Shown here one piece after another: positions 27,985 through 37,477 of a stretch of 64,000 bases of DNA. A program made the position numbers and the translations under genes. The DNA comes from an uncultured Candidatus Saccharibacteria bacterium (lineage in GTDB: Bacteria > Patescibacteriota > Minisyncoccia > Phycocordibacterales > XYD1-FULL-46-19): the NCBI GenBank assembly GCA_964639285.1, contig CAZXCI010000001.1, positions 219,757 through 283,756 on the forward strand, in the 5' to 3' direction. How positions within the stretch are numbered: the first letter of the stretch is position 1; the number at the start of each line of letters is the position of its first letter. The notes under the pieces were generated by a model that made no database searches, was not told the DNA's origin, and was given only the letters and a program-made list of their open reading frames with translations.

Positions 27985-29007
27985 TTATTTGGCTAGACTA
28001 AAACGTCCATCAGTCCCCTTCTTGAAGTATTTAGGATTCTGAAGATTGACGATAATTGTGTTGAGTTTGACTTGTCGTTGTTTCAAGACAAGATCTACGA
28101 CATCTTGGCGAGCAAGAGGGCCCTTCTCTTTTATCAATTTCTGGATAACCTCAATGACGGTTCCCTTGGAGTAACCCCATTCGGTAAGAGCGTACAAGCC
28201 TCGGCCAACTAAGACAAAACGACTATCTTTGATCAACTCGTTATGACAAGTGGCGGGGTGAGCTTCGCGACCAAAAGTTTTCTGAATTTGTTTGGCGACT
28301 TCGCTAAAGTGAAGAGGCTTCTCGGCTTTGCGCAAGACGAGATAGGCGTAGTCACGAATACCACGCATGCGAATATTAGGAGAAGAAGCGAGTCCCCACT
28401 CACCCAGGGGATTCCTGGCGAGAGATTTGCTGATTGAGAGCCACTTATTAGCAAACTGATTAACCTTGGGTTCATCAGAAAGATTCTTTAGTTCCTTTAA
28501 AAATTTCTCAACTAGTTCTGGCTCAGAGACAAGGTCTCCTTCAGAAAAGTTAGAACACAAATTTTTGAGAGACTGGTGGATTTTAGTAGCAAGCTCTTCG
28601 TCAGTTGTCCACTGGTGGTGGAAATCTCCGTCTTCTCGCAATTTAGTAAAAGCGTTAGACACCACCAACAAGAAGTGAATGTGATTTTGAGTTGAACGGT
28701 CTTTAGCCTGAGCATCAAGAAAGAGTTGTTCATGCACAACCCCGCCAAAATCGTCGACAAGTTTCTTAAGTTGATCGAAGGCTGGTTGACTGGTGCCATA
28801 AGCCTTAGATTTCTTAATTAAGTTCAAAGCAAACGACTCAATCTGGCGAACACGCTCACGGGTTATTTTATATTCTCGGCCAATACCTTCGAGGGTTTCC
28901 CTCTTAGCAACTTTTCCTAGGCCATAACGCTTCATCAAAATATCTTGACTACGCTTAGGCAACTCATCGAGCAAACGCTTAGTGATGTCCTTAACTTTGA
29001 TACTCAT
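27985..29007 (-). CDS. Protein with an N-terminal sigma-70 region-4-like helix-turn-helix and an uncharacterised C-terminal domain
   Basis: GIGREYKITRERVRQIESFALNLI resembles sigma70 region 4.2. Confidence 0.5.
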   Translation of the reverse strand: MSIKVKDITKRLLDELPKRSQDILMKRYGLGKVAKRETLEGIGREYKITRERVRQIESFALNLIKKSKAYGTSQPAFDQLKKLVDDFGGVVHEQLFLDAQAKDRSTQNHIHFLLVVSNAFTKLREDGDFHHQWTTDEELATKIHQSLKNLCSNFSEGDLVSEPELVEKFLKELKNLSDEPKVNQFANKWLSISKSLARNPLGEWGLASSPNIRMRGIRDYAYLVLRKAEKPLHFSEVAKQIQKTFGREAHPATCHNELIKDSRFVLVGRGLYALTEWGYSKGTVIEVIQKLIKEKGPLARQDVVDLVLKQRQVKLNTIIVNLQNPKYFKKGTDGRFSLAK

Positions 29008-29055
29008 ATAAACCTATTTCTATCATTAAATGCTAACAAAGTCAACTAGTGATTA

Positions 29056-32016
29056 TTATACCACAAAGTTTACCAATTTATCCTTAATATATATGGCTTT
29101 TTTATACTTCCCTCTTTCGAGCCATTTACTAACAGTTTCGTCGTTTAGAGCTTGTTTGATAATATTTTCCTCGATCTGGTTAGCCGGGAGATTGAGAGTT
29201 GCTCGGGTTCGGCCATTGATCTGAACAATAATCTTTACTTCAGAGACGACTAATTTCTTTGGATCAGCCGTCGGCCAAGCAGAGAGATGGATAGACTTTT
29301 TCTCACCTAAGTTCTGCCACAATTCTTCGGCCAAGTGAGGGGCAAAAGGGGCCAAGATTTGCAAGAATAATTTGAATTCATTTTTATTTATTACCTCACT
29401 CTTCTCATATTCGTTGACCAAAATCATCATCTGAGAAATAGCTGTGTTGAAGGACATGGCTTCAATATCATCTGTTACTTTTTTAATCGCTTGGTGGGTT
29501 AGTTTTTCTATTCTCTGAGTTTCGAGCGTTGAACGGTTGCTTGATTTTACTTTTTTACTCACTCGCCAAATTTTCTCTAAGAAACGATAAGAACCAATAA
29601 TACTCGCCGTATCCCAACTAATCGCTTGGTCAAAAGGCCCCATAAACATTTCGTAGAGCCTTAGAGTATCGGCTCCATAACTTTCAATAACCATATCCGG
29701 GTTAACAACATTACCTCTCGATTTAGACATTTTTATTCCTCCTTCGCCCAAGATCATACCGTGCGAAGTTCTCTTCTGGTAAGGTTCAATAGTTGGGACA
29801 ACCCCAAGATCATAGAGAAACTTATGCCAGAAACGTGAGTAGAGAAGGTGAAGAGTCGTATGCTCCATTCCTCCATTATACCAATCTACGGGCGTCCAAT
29901 ATTTAGCTTTCTTAGGGTCAAGGGGGTTGGTTTTATTTTGAGGATCAATGTAACGAAGATAATACCAAGAAGAGCCTGCCCAGTTGGGCATGGTATCGGT
30001 CTCGCGCTTGGCTGGGCCATTGCAGACAGGGCATTTTGTCTTTACCCAATCAGAAATAGCCGACAGAGGAGATTCGCCCGTTTTTGTTGGCTTATATTTC
30101 TCAACATGGGGAAGAACTACCGGTAAATCTTTCTCGGGTACCGCTTGCCAACCACATTTATCGCAATGAATCATCGGGATAGGTTCACCCCAATAATGTT
30201 GCCGCGAGAAAATCCAATCACGCAATTTGTATCGTGAGACCTGCCGCCCTCGAACAAATTTTGTCATCGCCTTTTTTGCCTGTTCGTTATTGAGGCCAGT
30301 CCATCGTCCGGAGTTCACCATTTTCCCTGACCCTGCGTAGGCCTCTCCGGCGTGATCAATAAGGGTAGGAAGGTCATTAATAATGACCGGAATAATCGGC
30401 AAATGAAATTTCTTAGCAAACTGATGATCCCTCTCGTCATGAGCGGGGACAGCCATAATGGCTCCTGTTCCATAGTCTGGTAAAACGTAATCGGCAATAA
30501 AAATAGGAATTTCTTCGTTATTGACCGGGTTAATGGCTGTGATCCCTTCTAACTTTACCCCTGTTTTTTCTTTAGTTTCTGCCGTACGTTCAATCTCGCT
30601 TCGACGTCTAGCCTCGGCGATATATTTTTTAACTTCTTTGAAGTTTATGATTTTACTTTTCCACTCAGCAACCAATTTGTGCTCTGGAGCTAAGACTAAA
30701 TATGTTGCTCCGAACAACGTATCAGCCCTAGTGGTGAAAACTTTCACCTGATCTAAACAATGATCAAGAACCAATGGCTCAACTGTCCCGCAAAAATGAG
30801 GCTTTTCCGCTTTAACTCGATACGATTCGCCACCAAGATTTTTCTGAATAATGTCTGACTCCCCTTCAGCGATTACTCCGTCGTTATCATCCTCAAGAAT
30901 AACAATTTTGCCTACATTTTTTTTGATTTTTTCTAAATCAAACTTCCAATCTATAAGATATTTAGCTGCTAAGCGTTCCTTGCCTCGAAATTTTGGCTCA
31001 ATTAGCCCTCCGACAATGACTAACTTTTTAATGGGCTTTTTAAGTCTTTCCAAAATGCGATAAGAAACAACCGAGCCGAGCGAATGACTGACAATTGTCG
31101 TATTTTCATCAAAGTTTACTTTGGAGAGAACTGTTTCCGCTTGTTCAATAACGTCAGGGACAAAAGGATGGGGCAAGTCAAAAGTGATAACTTCGTGGCC
31201 CCTTTCTTCTAACTCACGCCTGAGCCAAGGGATGAAGCAACTCTTGCTCGTGCTTCTCCACCCATGAAGGATGACGTATTTCTCCTTGGCTTTAAGGGGA
31301 AAAGAAATCTCCGCTCCTTCACTTCGGCCAATCCAATTACGCTGTTGGATCTTTATTTTTTCTAAATAATCAACAGTCTCAAGATCATCATAAAGTCGAT
31401 CAGCATATTTAGTAATTGCCAACATCCATTGATCTTTCTCTTTTTTCTCTGCTTCCGTTCCACAGCGTTCACATTTACCGTCCACCACCTCTTCGTTGGC
31501 TAGACCAGTCTTGCAAGAAGGACACCAATTGATTGTCGCCTGACTCTTATAAGCCAAACCTTTTTTGAAGAGCTGGAGGAAGATCCATTGTGTCCATTTA
31601 TAATACTTGGGGTCAGTCGTATCAATTTCTCGATCCCAATCAAAAGAGAAACCAATTGATTTGAGTTGCCGACGGAAATTGCCAATATTTTTCTTAGTAG
31701 TGATTGCTGGGTGAATGCCGGTCTTAATGGCGTAATTTTCTGACGGTAAGCCAAAAGCGTCCCAGCCGATGGGGTACAAAACATTATATCCTTGCATTCG
31801 CCTCTTGCGCGAAATAATGTCCATCGCCGTATTGCTTCTTACATGACCAACATGGAGACCTTCACCTGAAGGATAGGGGAATTCAATGAGAGAGTAAAAT
31901 TTGGGTTTCTTAGAGAAATCTTGGGCCTTATAGATGCCCTCTTTCTCCCAAACTTTTTGCCATTTAGGTTCAATCTTTTTCGGATCGTAGGGTCCCTCTT
32001 TAGAATCATTTTTCAT
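29056..32016 (-). CDS. leuS: Leucyl-tRNA synthetase carrying a serine-hydrolase domain of about 180 aa inserted in-frame
   Basis: HVGH and KMSKS motifs, NWIGRSEGAEI and VFTTRADTLFGATYLVLAPEH CP1 markers; the insert between them has HGW...SHSLGS...H motifs. Confidence 0.9.
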   Translation of the reverse strand: MKNDSKEGPYDPKKIEPKWQKVWEKEGIYKAQDFSKKPKFYSLIEFPYPSGEGLHVGHVRSNTAMDIISRKRRMQGYNVLYPIGWDAFGLPSENYAIKTGIHPAITTKKNIGNFRRQLKSIGFSFDWDREIDTTDPKYYKWTQWIFLQLFKKGLAYKSQATINWCPSCKTGLANEEVVDGKCERCGTEAEKKEKDQWMLAITKYADRLYDDLETVDYLEKIKIQQRNWIGRSEGAEISFPLKAKEKYVILHGWRSTSKSCFIPWLRRELEERGHEVITFDLPHPFVPDVIEQAETVLSKVNFDENTTIVSHSLGSVVSYRILERLKKPIKKLVIVGGLIEPKFRGKERLAAKYLIDWKFDLEKIKKNVGKIVILEDDNDGVIAEGESDIIQKNLGGESYRVKAEKPHFCGTVEPLVLDHCLDQVKVFTTRADTLFGATYLVLAPEHKLVAEWKSKIINFKEVKKYIAEARRRSEIERTAETKEKTGVKLEGITAINPVNNEEIPIFIADYVLPDYGTGAIMAVPAHDERDHQFAKKFHLPIIPVIINDLPTLIDHAGEAYAGSGKMVNSGRWTGLNNEQAKKAMTKFVRGRQVSRYKLRDWIFSRQHYWGEPIPMIHCDKCGWQAVPEKDLPVVLPHVEKYKPTKTGESPLSAISDWVKTKCPVCNGPAKRETDTMPNWAGSSWYYLRYIDPQNKTNPLDPKKAKYWTPVDWYNGGMEHTTLHLLYSRFWHKFLYDLGVVPTIEPYQKRTSHGMILGEGGIKMSKSRGNVVNPDMVIESYGADTLRLYEMFMGPFDQAISWDTASIIGSYRFLEKIWRVSKKVKSSNRSTLETQRIEKLTHQAIKKVTDDIEAMSFNTAISQMMILVNEYEKSEVINKNEFKLFLQILAPFAPHLAEELWQNLGEKKSIHLSAWPTADPKKLVVSEVKIIVQINGRTRATLNLPANQIEENIIKQALNDETVSKWLERGKYKKAIYIKDKLVNFVV

Positions 32017-32064
32017 TCTAATACTTTAACACGAATCGCCAGAATTTCAATTTTTAAAAAGCAA

Positions 32065-32093
32065 TTGACTTTACGTTTCCACTGATCTATCCT
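32065..32093 (+). promoter_or_regulatory. Putative promoter (TTGACT, 17-nt spacer, TATCCT) that would drive a plus-strand non-coding transcript
   Basis: Hexamers at 32065-32070 and 32088-32093. Confidence 0.35.
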
Positions 32094-32099
32094 TCTCTT

Positions 32100-32340
32100 T
32101 GGAAATGGTGGTACAATTTTGTATCGTTAGCTCAGACCACAACGCTTGGGGATTCCTAGGTAGCCTAGGATGAAAGAGTGAAAAACTATGGCTTTCTGTC
32201 GATTGGGACGCTGCGAGAGACCGATAACCCAGGCGGTGCGAGCTTGGACCTCGGGGAAATCGCAAATATCCCGAGGCGTAGGGGCGTTCTAGACCCATTT
32301 CCTTTCTTTCCGCCTGGTGGGTTCCGTCAGGCGGTTTTTT
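32100..32340 (+). ncRNA. Candidate structured small RNA or attenuator of about 240 nt, ending in an intrinsic terminator; class unknown
   Basis: No credible ORF; nested helices; ccgcctgg can pair either with the upstream cccaggcgg or with the downstream caggcgg; T-run at 32335-32340. Confidence 0.3.
32312..32340 (+). terminator. Intrinsic terminator (ccgcctg-gtgggttccgt-caggcgg-tttttt)
   Basis: Hairpin followed by a T6 run. Confidence 0.6.
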
Positions 32341-32435
32341 CTTGCCTAAATATTCAAACTATGACAGAAATGGAAGTGGAATAATATTGTGTCGTTTGGA
32401 AAGTTAATCTCAACACCCTGAAAGGAGGTGGCTTT
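32341..32435 (+). promoter_or_regulatory. Leader/promoter region, paralog A (TTGCCTAAATAT...CAGAAAT...)
   Basis: About 70% identical to 38139-38242, which lies upstream of an unrelated gene. Confidence 0.5.
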
Positions 32436-32810
32436 ATGTCAGAAGACAATTGCCTTGATAGTGGAGAAAGAAAGACGTTTGAAGAAGCCAAGAAGACACT
32501 TTTAGACTTTCTCGATCAACTTGAGCCAGATGAACGGAGAGAAAAAATAGACGATTTCCTGCATCTTCTCAACTTCGAACGCCGCTTTATGCTTCTTACA
32601 GACGAGGAAAGAGCGCACATGATGGACGAGGGCCTTTCTCCCGAGCAAAGAAAAGCCCTCGATAAAGACAAGGCTTTGTCAGAGGAGGCTTACGAAGAAC
32701 GATTAAAAGGTTATGCTAGGGCGACATACTTCAGGCGCATGGCCTGGGCAGCTTACCTTAACGGAGAAACAGAAAAAAAGCCGTTCTCTTCTCGGCCAAA
32801 GGGAGACTAA
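32436..32810 (+). CDS. Hypothetical acidic protein, 124 aa
   Basis: ORF with a Shine-Dalgarno sequence (GGAGGTGG) and a terminator downstream. Confidence 0.5.
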   Translation: MSEDNCLDSGERKTFEEAKKTLLDFLDQLEPDERREKIDDFLHLLNFERRFMLLTDEERAHMMDEGLSPEQRKALDKDKALSEEAYEERLKGYARATYFRRMAWAAYLNGETEKKPFSSRPKGD

Positions 32811-32973
32811 GGTTATTTAGTCATAGCAACAACAATGCCCACTATTAGTGTCCCCTCTCTCCGGGAGGGGGCCTTTTTATTTGTTTGCAAAAGAAGGGAA
32901 ATTAGGTAGAGTAAGAGCAGAAGTTTTGTTATTTTGAAAAATTAACCCAAATTCTCGAGAAAGGAGAGAAACT

Positions 32974-33993
32974 ATGATTAGTCAAGAAGAAGTTGCTCTC
33001 TTTACCTTAGAGAGAGTGGAGAAAGAAGCTCGAGTTATTTTGGAGCTTCTCCCTAATGGGGAAATCTTAAAGAAGAGAAATCCGAATGGAAAAATCAATG
33101 TCCTCGCCGTTATTGGCCCCGGACTTGAGCCTCTTAACGGTTGCCCTCCAATGGAACAGGTCCTCTTGGCTGAAGTCGGTTTCTACCGAACAAAGCCATA
33201 TAATAGGGTTCGTTCAGTCCCATACCGTCCCAAGCAATTTGTCCTAGCTCCGGAGCAGTATGAATTAGTGGGCACTCATATCTGGGCAGAGTTGGTAGAA
33301 AGAGTAGAAAAAGCTGTCGAAGGTTGGGAATACTCAACTTTCAATTTACCGGTTAGGAGGGACTGGCTGAAGATAACTACCCGGGAAATAGAGACCTCTT
33401 TCCCGCGAAGAAGCTTTGTTCGTGGTTTAAGTTTTAGCTTGGATCAGAGGGATAAAAGGCTTTTTCAGGATTTGTGTTGGGCCGAATTCCATCTGAATCC
33501 TCAAACTAAGAAGATGATAAACTGGCTTGCAAAATTTATCGAGGGAGCTCTTTCAAAAAATAAGAAATTTTTGACACCTCAACAATTTCAACGTTTGAAA
33601 GGCTATCAGGTAATCCAGCAATTATTAGCTGGGCGCAATTTCCCCCCTCACCTGCTTCCAGATGTCCTGATGTCCTCTCCCGTCGGGAAAAAACATCCTC
33701 ATATTCACAATCTCGCTGAATCCGATCTTTTCTCTTGGGACCTAAGTCCAACGGAAGCAATGAAAATGAGGCAAGCATCCCTTCCTGGCCAAAAAGAAAG
33801 ATTAAGGGGGGTTCAAGCACGAATTCGTTCCTTTAGAGAGAACTATGTCGTTTTTGAGATCCTTCCTCGACCAGATTTTCTTTTGAAGCTTGTCTCAGAA
33901 AAAACAAAGGGTGACGAGCCAGAAATTTTTTCCAACAGGAAACTTCAGTATTTAAGGCCAGCTGAGTCTACTGACGAAGAGATCCCCTTCTAA
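32974..33993 (+). CDS. Hypothetical protein, 339 aa
   Basis: ORF with a strong Shine-Dalgarno sequence (AAGGAGAG). Confidence 0.5.
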   Translation: MISQEEVALFTLERVEKEARVILELLPNGEILKKRNPNGKINVLAVIGPGLEPLNGCPPMEQVLLAEVGFYRTKPYNRVRSVPYRPKQFVLAPEQYELVGTHIWAELVERVEKAVEGWEYSTFNLPVRRDWLKITTREIETSFPRRSFVRGLSFSLDQRDKRLFQDLCWAEFHLNPQTKKMINWLAKFIEGALSKNKKFLTPQQFQRLKGYQVIQQLLAGRNFPPHLLPDVLMSSPVGKKHPHIHNLAESDLFSWDLSPTEAMKMRQASLPGQKERLRGVQARIRSFRENYVVFEILPRPDFLLKLVSEKTKGDEPEIFSNRKLQYLRPAESTDEEIPF

Positions 33994-34028
33994 TACCCTG
34001 AGTTTAGCTTGACTAGGCTCAGGGTATT

Positions 34029-34703
34029 TTAATTTTTTTCAATCCCAATGATTCTACCGTCATCAATGCGCACAATTTTTTGAGCCATCGCGCCATATGG
34101 TTCTTCGTGAGTGACCATGACGATGGTCTGGCCCGCTTCATGTAGCTGTAAAAAAATTTTCATAATCGCTCGTGATGATTCGTTATCAAGATTAGCCGTT
34201 GGCTCATCGGCGAAGAGGATATTAGGATCATGTGAGATGGCCCGAGCAATACTTGTTCTCTGTTGTTCGCCACCAGAGAGTTGGCTCGGCAATTGATGAA
34301 GGTGATTTACCAAGCCCACTTTTGATAATGATTCAAAAGCGAGTTCGTAAGCTTTACTTTTCTTTGTTCCTTGCATCAAGAGAGGAAGAACCACATTTTC
34401 TAGGGCCGTAAGTTCGGGAATCAACGCATAATCTTGGAAGACATAGCCCAGTTTTTCTAGGCGAAATCTAGTCTTCTCTTCGGGGCTCATGGTGTGGACA
34501 TCATGATTCTCAATATAAATTTCACCACTTGTCGGCTCATCAAGAAGGCTCATCTGATACATTAAAGTACTCTTGCCTGCCCCTGACCGACCCATAATGG
34601 CGATGAACTCTCCTGTTTCAACTTTAAAGTCAATCCCCTTGAGAACCTGGGTTTCAACATCGCCGATATGGAAGGATCTTTTTAAATTTTTTACTTCAAT
34701 CAT
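34029..34703 (-). CDS. ABC transporter ATP-binding protein (MacB/LolD-type)
   Basis: Walker A GRSGAGKST, signature LSGGEQQR, Walker B LFADEPT. Confidence 0.85.
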   Translation of the reverse strand: MIEVKNLKRSFHIGDVETQVLKGIDFKVETGEFIAIMGRSGAGKSTLMYQMSLLDEPTSGEIYIENHDVHTMSPEEKTRFRLEKLGYVFQDYALIPELTALENVVLPLLMQGTKKSKAYELAFESLSKVGLVNHLHQLPSQLSGGEQQRTSIARAISHDPNILFADEPTANLDNESSRAIMKIFLQLHEAGQTIVMVTHEEPYGAMAQKIVRIDDGRIIGIEKN

Positions 34704-34711
34704 ATTATTAT

Positions 34712-35995
34712 TTAATCACGCCCCAAGATGGAGTCGAGGGTATTCTTCCGCACAATCATCCAAGCGGGGACATAGCCAGCAATAATTGTAGCAAAAACTA
34801 AGAGGGCAAGGCGAAAGAATGACGAACCGATCGGGGCAACCAAAATTCCGTCACTAAAAGGGAAATTGATCGGATGAGCGGCAATATAAGGTTGAAGAAT
34901 CACATAGACAATAAAGAGTCCGATGGCCGAACCAACAATCGCGTAGAAGAACGACTGAAGAACATAAGAAATCTCAATTGCTTCACCAGAGATACCGATC
35001 CCCTTCAATATCCCGATAAACTTACGCCGAGTTATCGCGTTGATGAAGATGACGATAAAAATGGTGATCGCCGCCACGACTAAGCCAAGAGAACTGAAGA
35101 TATCGCCCAAGATAGCAAAGGTTTGAATCATATCTTTAATAAATTTTGGTTCAGCATCTTCGAAAGTTTGGACTTTAGCAACCCGACCAATGCCATTGCC
35201 AAGGAGCGAATCTCTAACCGCAACAGGGTCATAGCCTGGCTTTAATTTGATAGAAATTTCGTCAACGTTAAAATCGTTGCGACCGATGAGACTACGTAAT
35301 TGTGAGTCCACCATAAAGATTCTCATGTTAATCTCATCAACCTTACTGCTAATGATCCCCTTAACTGTCACTTCACGGACAACATCGCCAATGGCAATCC
35401 GAACCTTCGTTCCTGGATTAATATTTCCACTTAAAGTCACGAAGCCGGGGCTTTCTATTGGTAAGTATTCTTTAAGCAGGTAAGCCCCCAAGACGATTTG
35501 GTCATAGTCTCCTGGCGCGAGCCACTCCCCTTCGACAATAAATTTTGAAAGGTTCGTGACCTTATCTTCAGCGATCGGATCAATACCGGCAAAAGAAGCC
35601 GAAGTAAGATTAGCTTTATCGGTATCCTTGATTCGAGTCTTATAATCAGCTTCAACCGTTCCTCTGTCAGCATAACGGGCACTGTAGAGGTCGATACGAG
35701 GATCTCTCTTTATGATATCGATAACTGTCGGGCTATTCTCAATGTAATTTTTGTTATTTAAATTGGTGACAATAATATCACTAATATAATGACTGCGGAT
35801 TGATTCAACCGCCCCCTGGATAAGTCCCACCAGAATACCAGAGACCACCACCAAGTTGAGGAAGGTTAGGACCATCACGAAGGTAATGAGGATGTTAGTC
35901 CAAATACTCGCGCGCTTAACTTGACGCACGGCGAGGAAAAAACCGATGCGATAATTGAGCCAAGAAAACATACTAATCAGTTTTAGGATTAACAA
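34712..35995 (-). CDS. ABC transporter permease, FtsX/MacB-like
   Basis: N-terminal transmembrane helix, periplasmic domain, and a C-terminal 3-TM FtsX-like region. Confidence 0.7.
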   Translation of the reverse strand: MLILKLISMFSWLNYRIGFFLAVRQVKRASIWTNILITFVMVLTFLNLVVVSGILVGLIQGAVESIRSHYISDIIVTNLNNKNYIENSPTVIDIIKRDPRIDLYSARYADRGTVEADYKTRIKDTDKANLTSASFAGIDPIAEDKVTNLSKFIVEGEWLAPGDYDQIVLGAYLLKEYLPIESPGFVTLSGNINPGTKVRIAIGDVVREVTVKGIISSKVDEINMRIFMVDSQLRSLIGRNDFNVDEISIKLKPGYDPVAVRDSLLGNGIGRVAKVQTFEDAEPKFIKDMIQTFAILGDIFSSLGLVVAAITIFIVIFINAITRRKFIGILKGIGISGEAIEISYVLQSFFYAIVGSAIGLFIVYVILQPYIAAHPINFPFSDGILVAPIGSSFFRLALLVFATIIAGYVPAWMIVRKNTLDSILGRD

Positions 35996-37433
35996 TCACT
36001 AAGTCCCCTTCTTTAAGCCCCGAGATTATCTCTGTTTGGCCAAGAGCCCCGATGTTTCCCAGAACAATCGGCTGCTTAACAGTTTGCTCACCAACCTTAA
36101 GTTCTACAAATTTTTGCCCGTCGAGAGTGATAATGGCGCTTGGAGGAACAGAGATGACTCCCGGCTTGCTGAGTGTCGTCAAGATAATATTAGCGGTCAT
36201 CCCTGATTTAATACGAGAATCATTATGAGCAAATTGAAGTTTGACCTTGTAAGTTGAGACACCGTCTCGGATAGTTTCGGCTGGGTCAATAGCAATAATT
36301 TGAGCATCAAAAATGACATCTGAACCATAGGCATCAAGAGTAATCTTTGCTGGATTGCCAACCTTGATGTTCGCGATATTGATTTCGGGGACGAAACTCT
36401 CAATTTGGAAGAGCCCCGAGTTAATCATCGTCACCGTCGCTTGGCCAGCAACCGCCAGCTCGCCCGTCTTAATATCGAGACGAGTGATAATTCCAGCAAA
36501 GGGGGCGCGAAGGAAATAGTCAACCATGTCGTTTTCCCTCTGCTTCACGATCAAACGTTGGCCGTCAATATCAAAGTTAGAATTTTTAAGAGTATTACGG
36601 CTGGCGATGATCGAAGACAAACTATTGTTTACCGTTTGAAGCCAAGTATTGATATTCGTTCGATCGCTCACCAAGCTCGCAACAGAGACCGAACCCATAG
36701 ACTTAAGTTCGTAATCATAAAGATAATTGATATGGAGATTTGTATCCTTGGTCGTCTGGGTAAGGGCCTGGAGCATGGTATAAGTCTCTTCAATTAGATT
36801 TTTTACGGTCTGTGAAGAGATCGGCTGAGTTGCCCCTTTGTAATCAGCGAGGACTTTTTCATACTCGGCCAAAGACTTGTAAAAACCGGCTTGAGCCACC
36901 CTATAATAATTACGGCTCGTTTCGTTTGGTAAGCTAGTCAAGTAAGGCGAAAGTCGGTAATTATTCAAGACACTATCTAGGCCATTGATAATTGTCGGAA
37001 GATCAGAGAAAATTTGATTAATAGTATTTAGACTATCTTCAGAATCCTTATCTAGACCCGAGGAACCACTCAAACTACTGTTTTCAGTCATTTTTCTAAG
37101 TTCTACCTTGGCATTCTCAAGAGCCAAGACCGCATCGCGCGAATCAAGTTCGGCGATTAGTTGTCCAGCACCAACATTTTGCCCGACAGCAACAGGAACA
37201 TTAGATATTTTTCCACTTTTGTTGAAACCGAGATCAACACTCTTAGCCGGGATCACTTTACCTGAGACGGAGACTGTTTGGACAAAGTCCGCCTTTTGAA
37301 CAATTTGAATTTCTTCCACAACTGTATCTTTCTTGTACCAGACAAAATAATAGGCAATTACCCCAATAATCGCGACAACGATAACAATAATGAAGTACCC
37401 CTTAACTTTTCCCAGGAAATTTTTCTTTGTCAT
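35973..37433 (-). CDS. HlyD/MacA-like periplasmic adaptor (membrane fusion protein)
   Basis: N-terminal transmembrane helix, coiled-coil region, biotinyl/lipoyl-like hairpin GQNVGAGQLIAELD. Confidence 0.65.
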   Translation of the reverse strand: MTKKNFLGKVKGYFIIVIVVAIIGVIAYYFVWYKKDTVVEEIQIVQKADFVQTVSVSGKVIPAKSVDLGFNKSGKISNVPVAVGQNVGAGQLIAELDSRDAVLALENAKVELRKMTENSSLSGSSGLDKDSEDSLNTINQIFSDLPTIINGLDSVLNNYRLSPYLTSLPNETSRNYYRVAQAGFYKSLAEYEKVLADYKGATQPISSQTVKNLIEETYTMLQALTQTTKDTNLHINYLYDYELKSMGSVSVASLVSDRTNINTWLQTVNNSLSSIIASRNTLKNSNFDIDGQRLIVKQRENDMVDYFLRAPFAGIITRLDIKTGELAVAGQATVTMINSGLFQIESFVPEINIANIKVGNPAKITLDAYGSDVIFDAQIIAIDPAETIRDGVSTYKVKLQFAHNDSRIKSGMTANIILTTLSKPGVISVPPSAIITLDGQKFVELKVGEQTVKQPIVLGNIGALGQTEIISGLKEGDLVIVNPKTD

Positions 37434-37477
37434 GGCTATATCCTAGCATATTTTAGGCTTGGAATTCAATTTTGAAC

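Noticed and set aside
30745-31290. Intein in LeuRS
   Set aside because: No Cys/Ser at the insert N-terminus, no HN plus Cys/Ser/Thr at the C-terminal junction, and no endonuclease motifs. The insert instead has alpha/beta-hydrolase motifs
32017-32340. T-box riboswitch regulating leuS
   Set aside because: A GGTGGTAC-like core exists but on the strand opposite to leuS and at the 5' end of the region, not in an antiterminator next to the terminator. The minus-strand leader lacks the T-box consensus
32100-32340. RNase P RNA, tmRNA, SRP RNA or 6S RNA identity for the intergenic transcript
   Set aside because: No P4 AGGAAAGUCC-like element, no tRNA-like ends with a tag ORF, and no GGAAGCAGCC SRP domain IV motif. 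Left as unclassified
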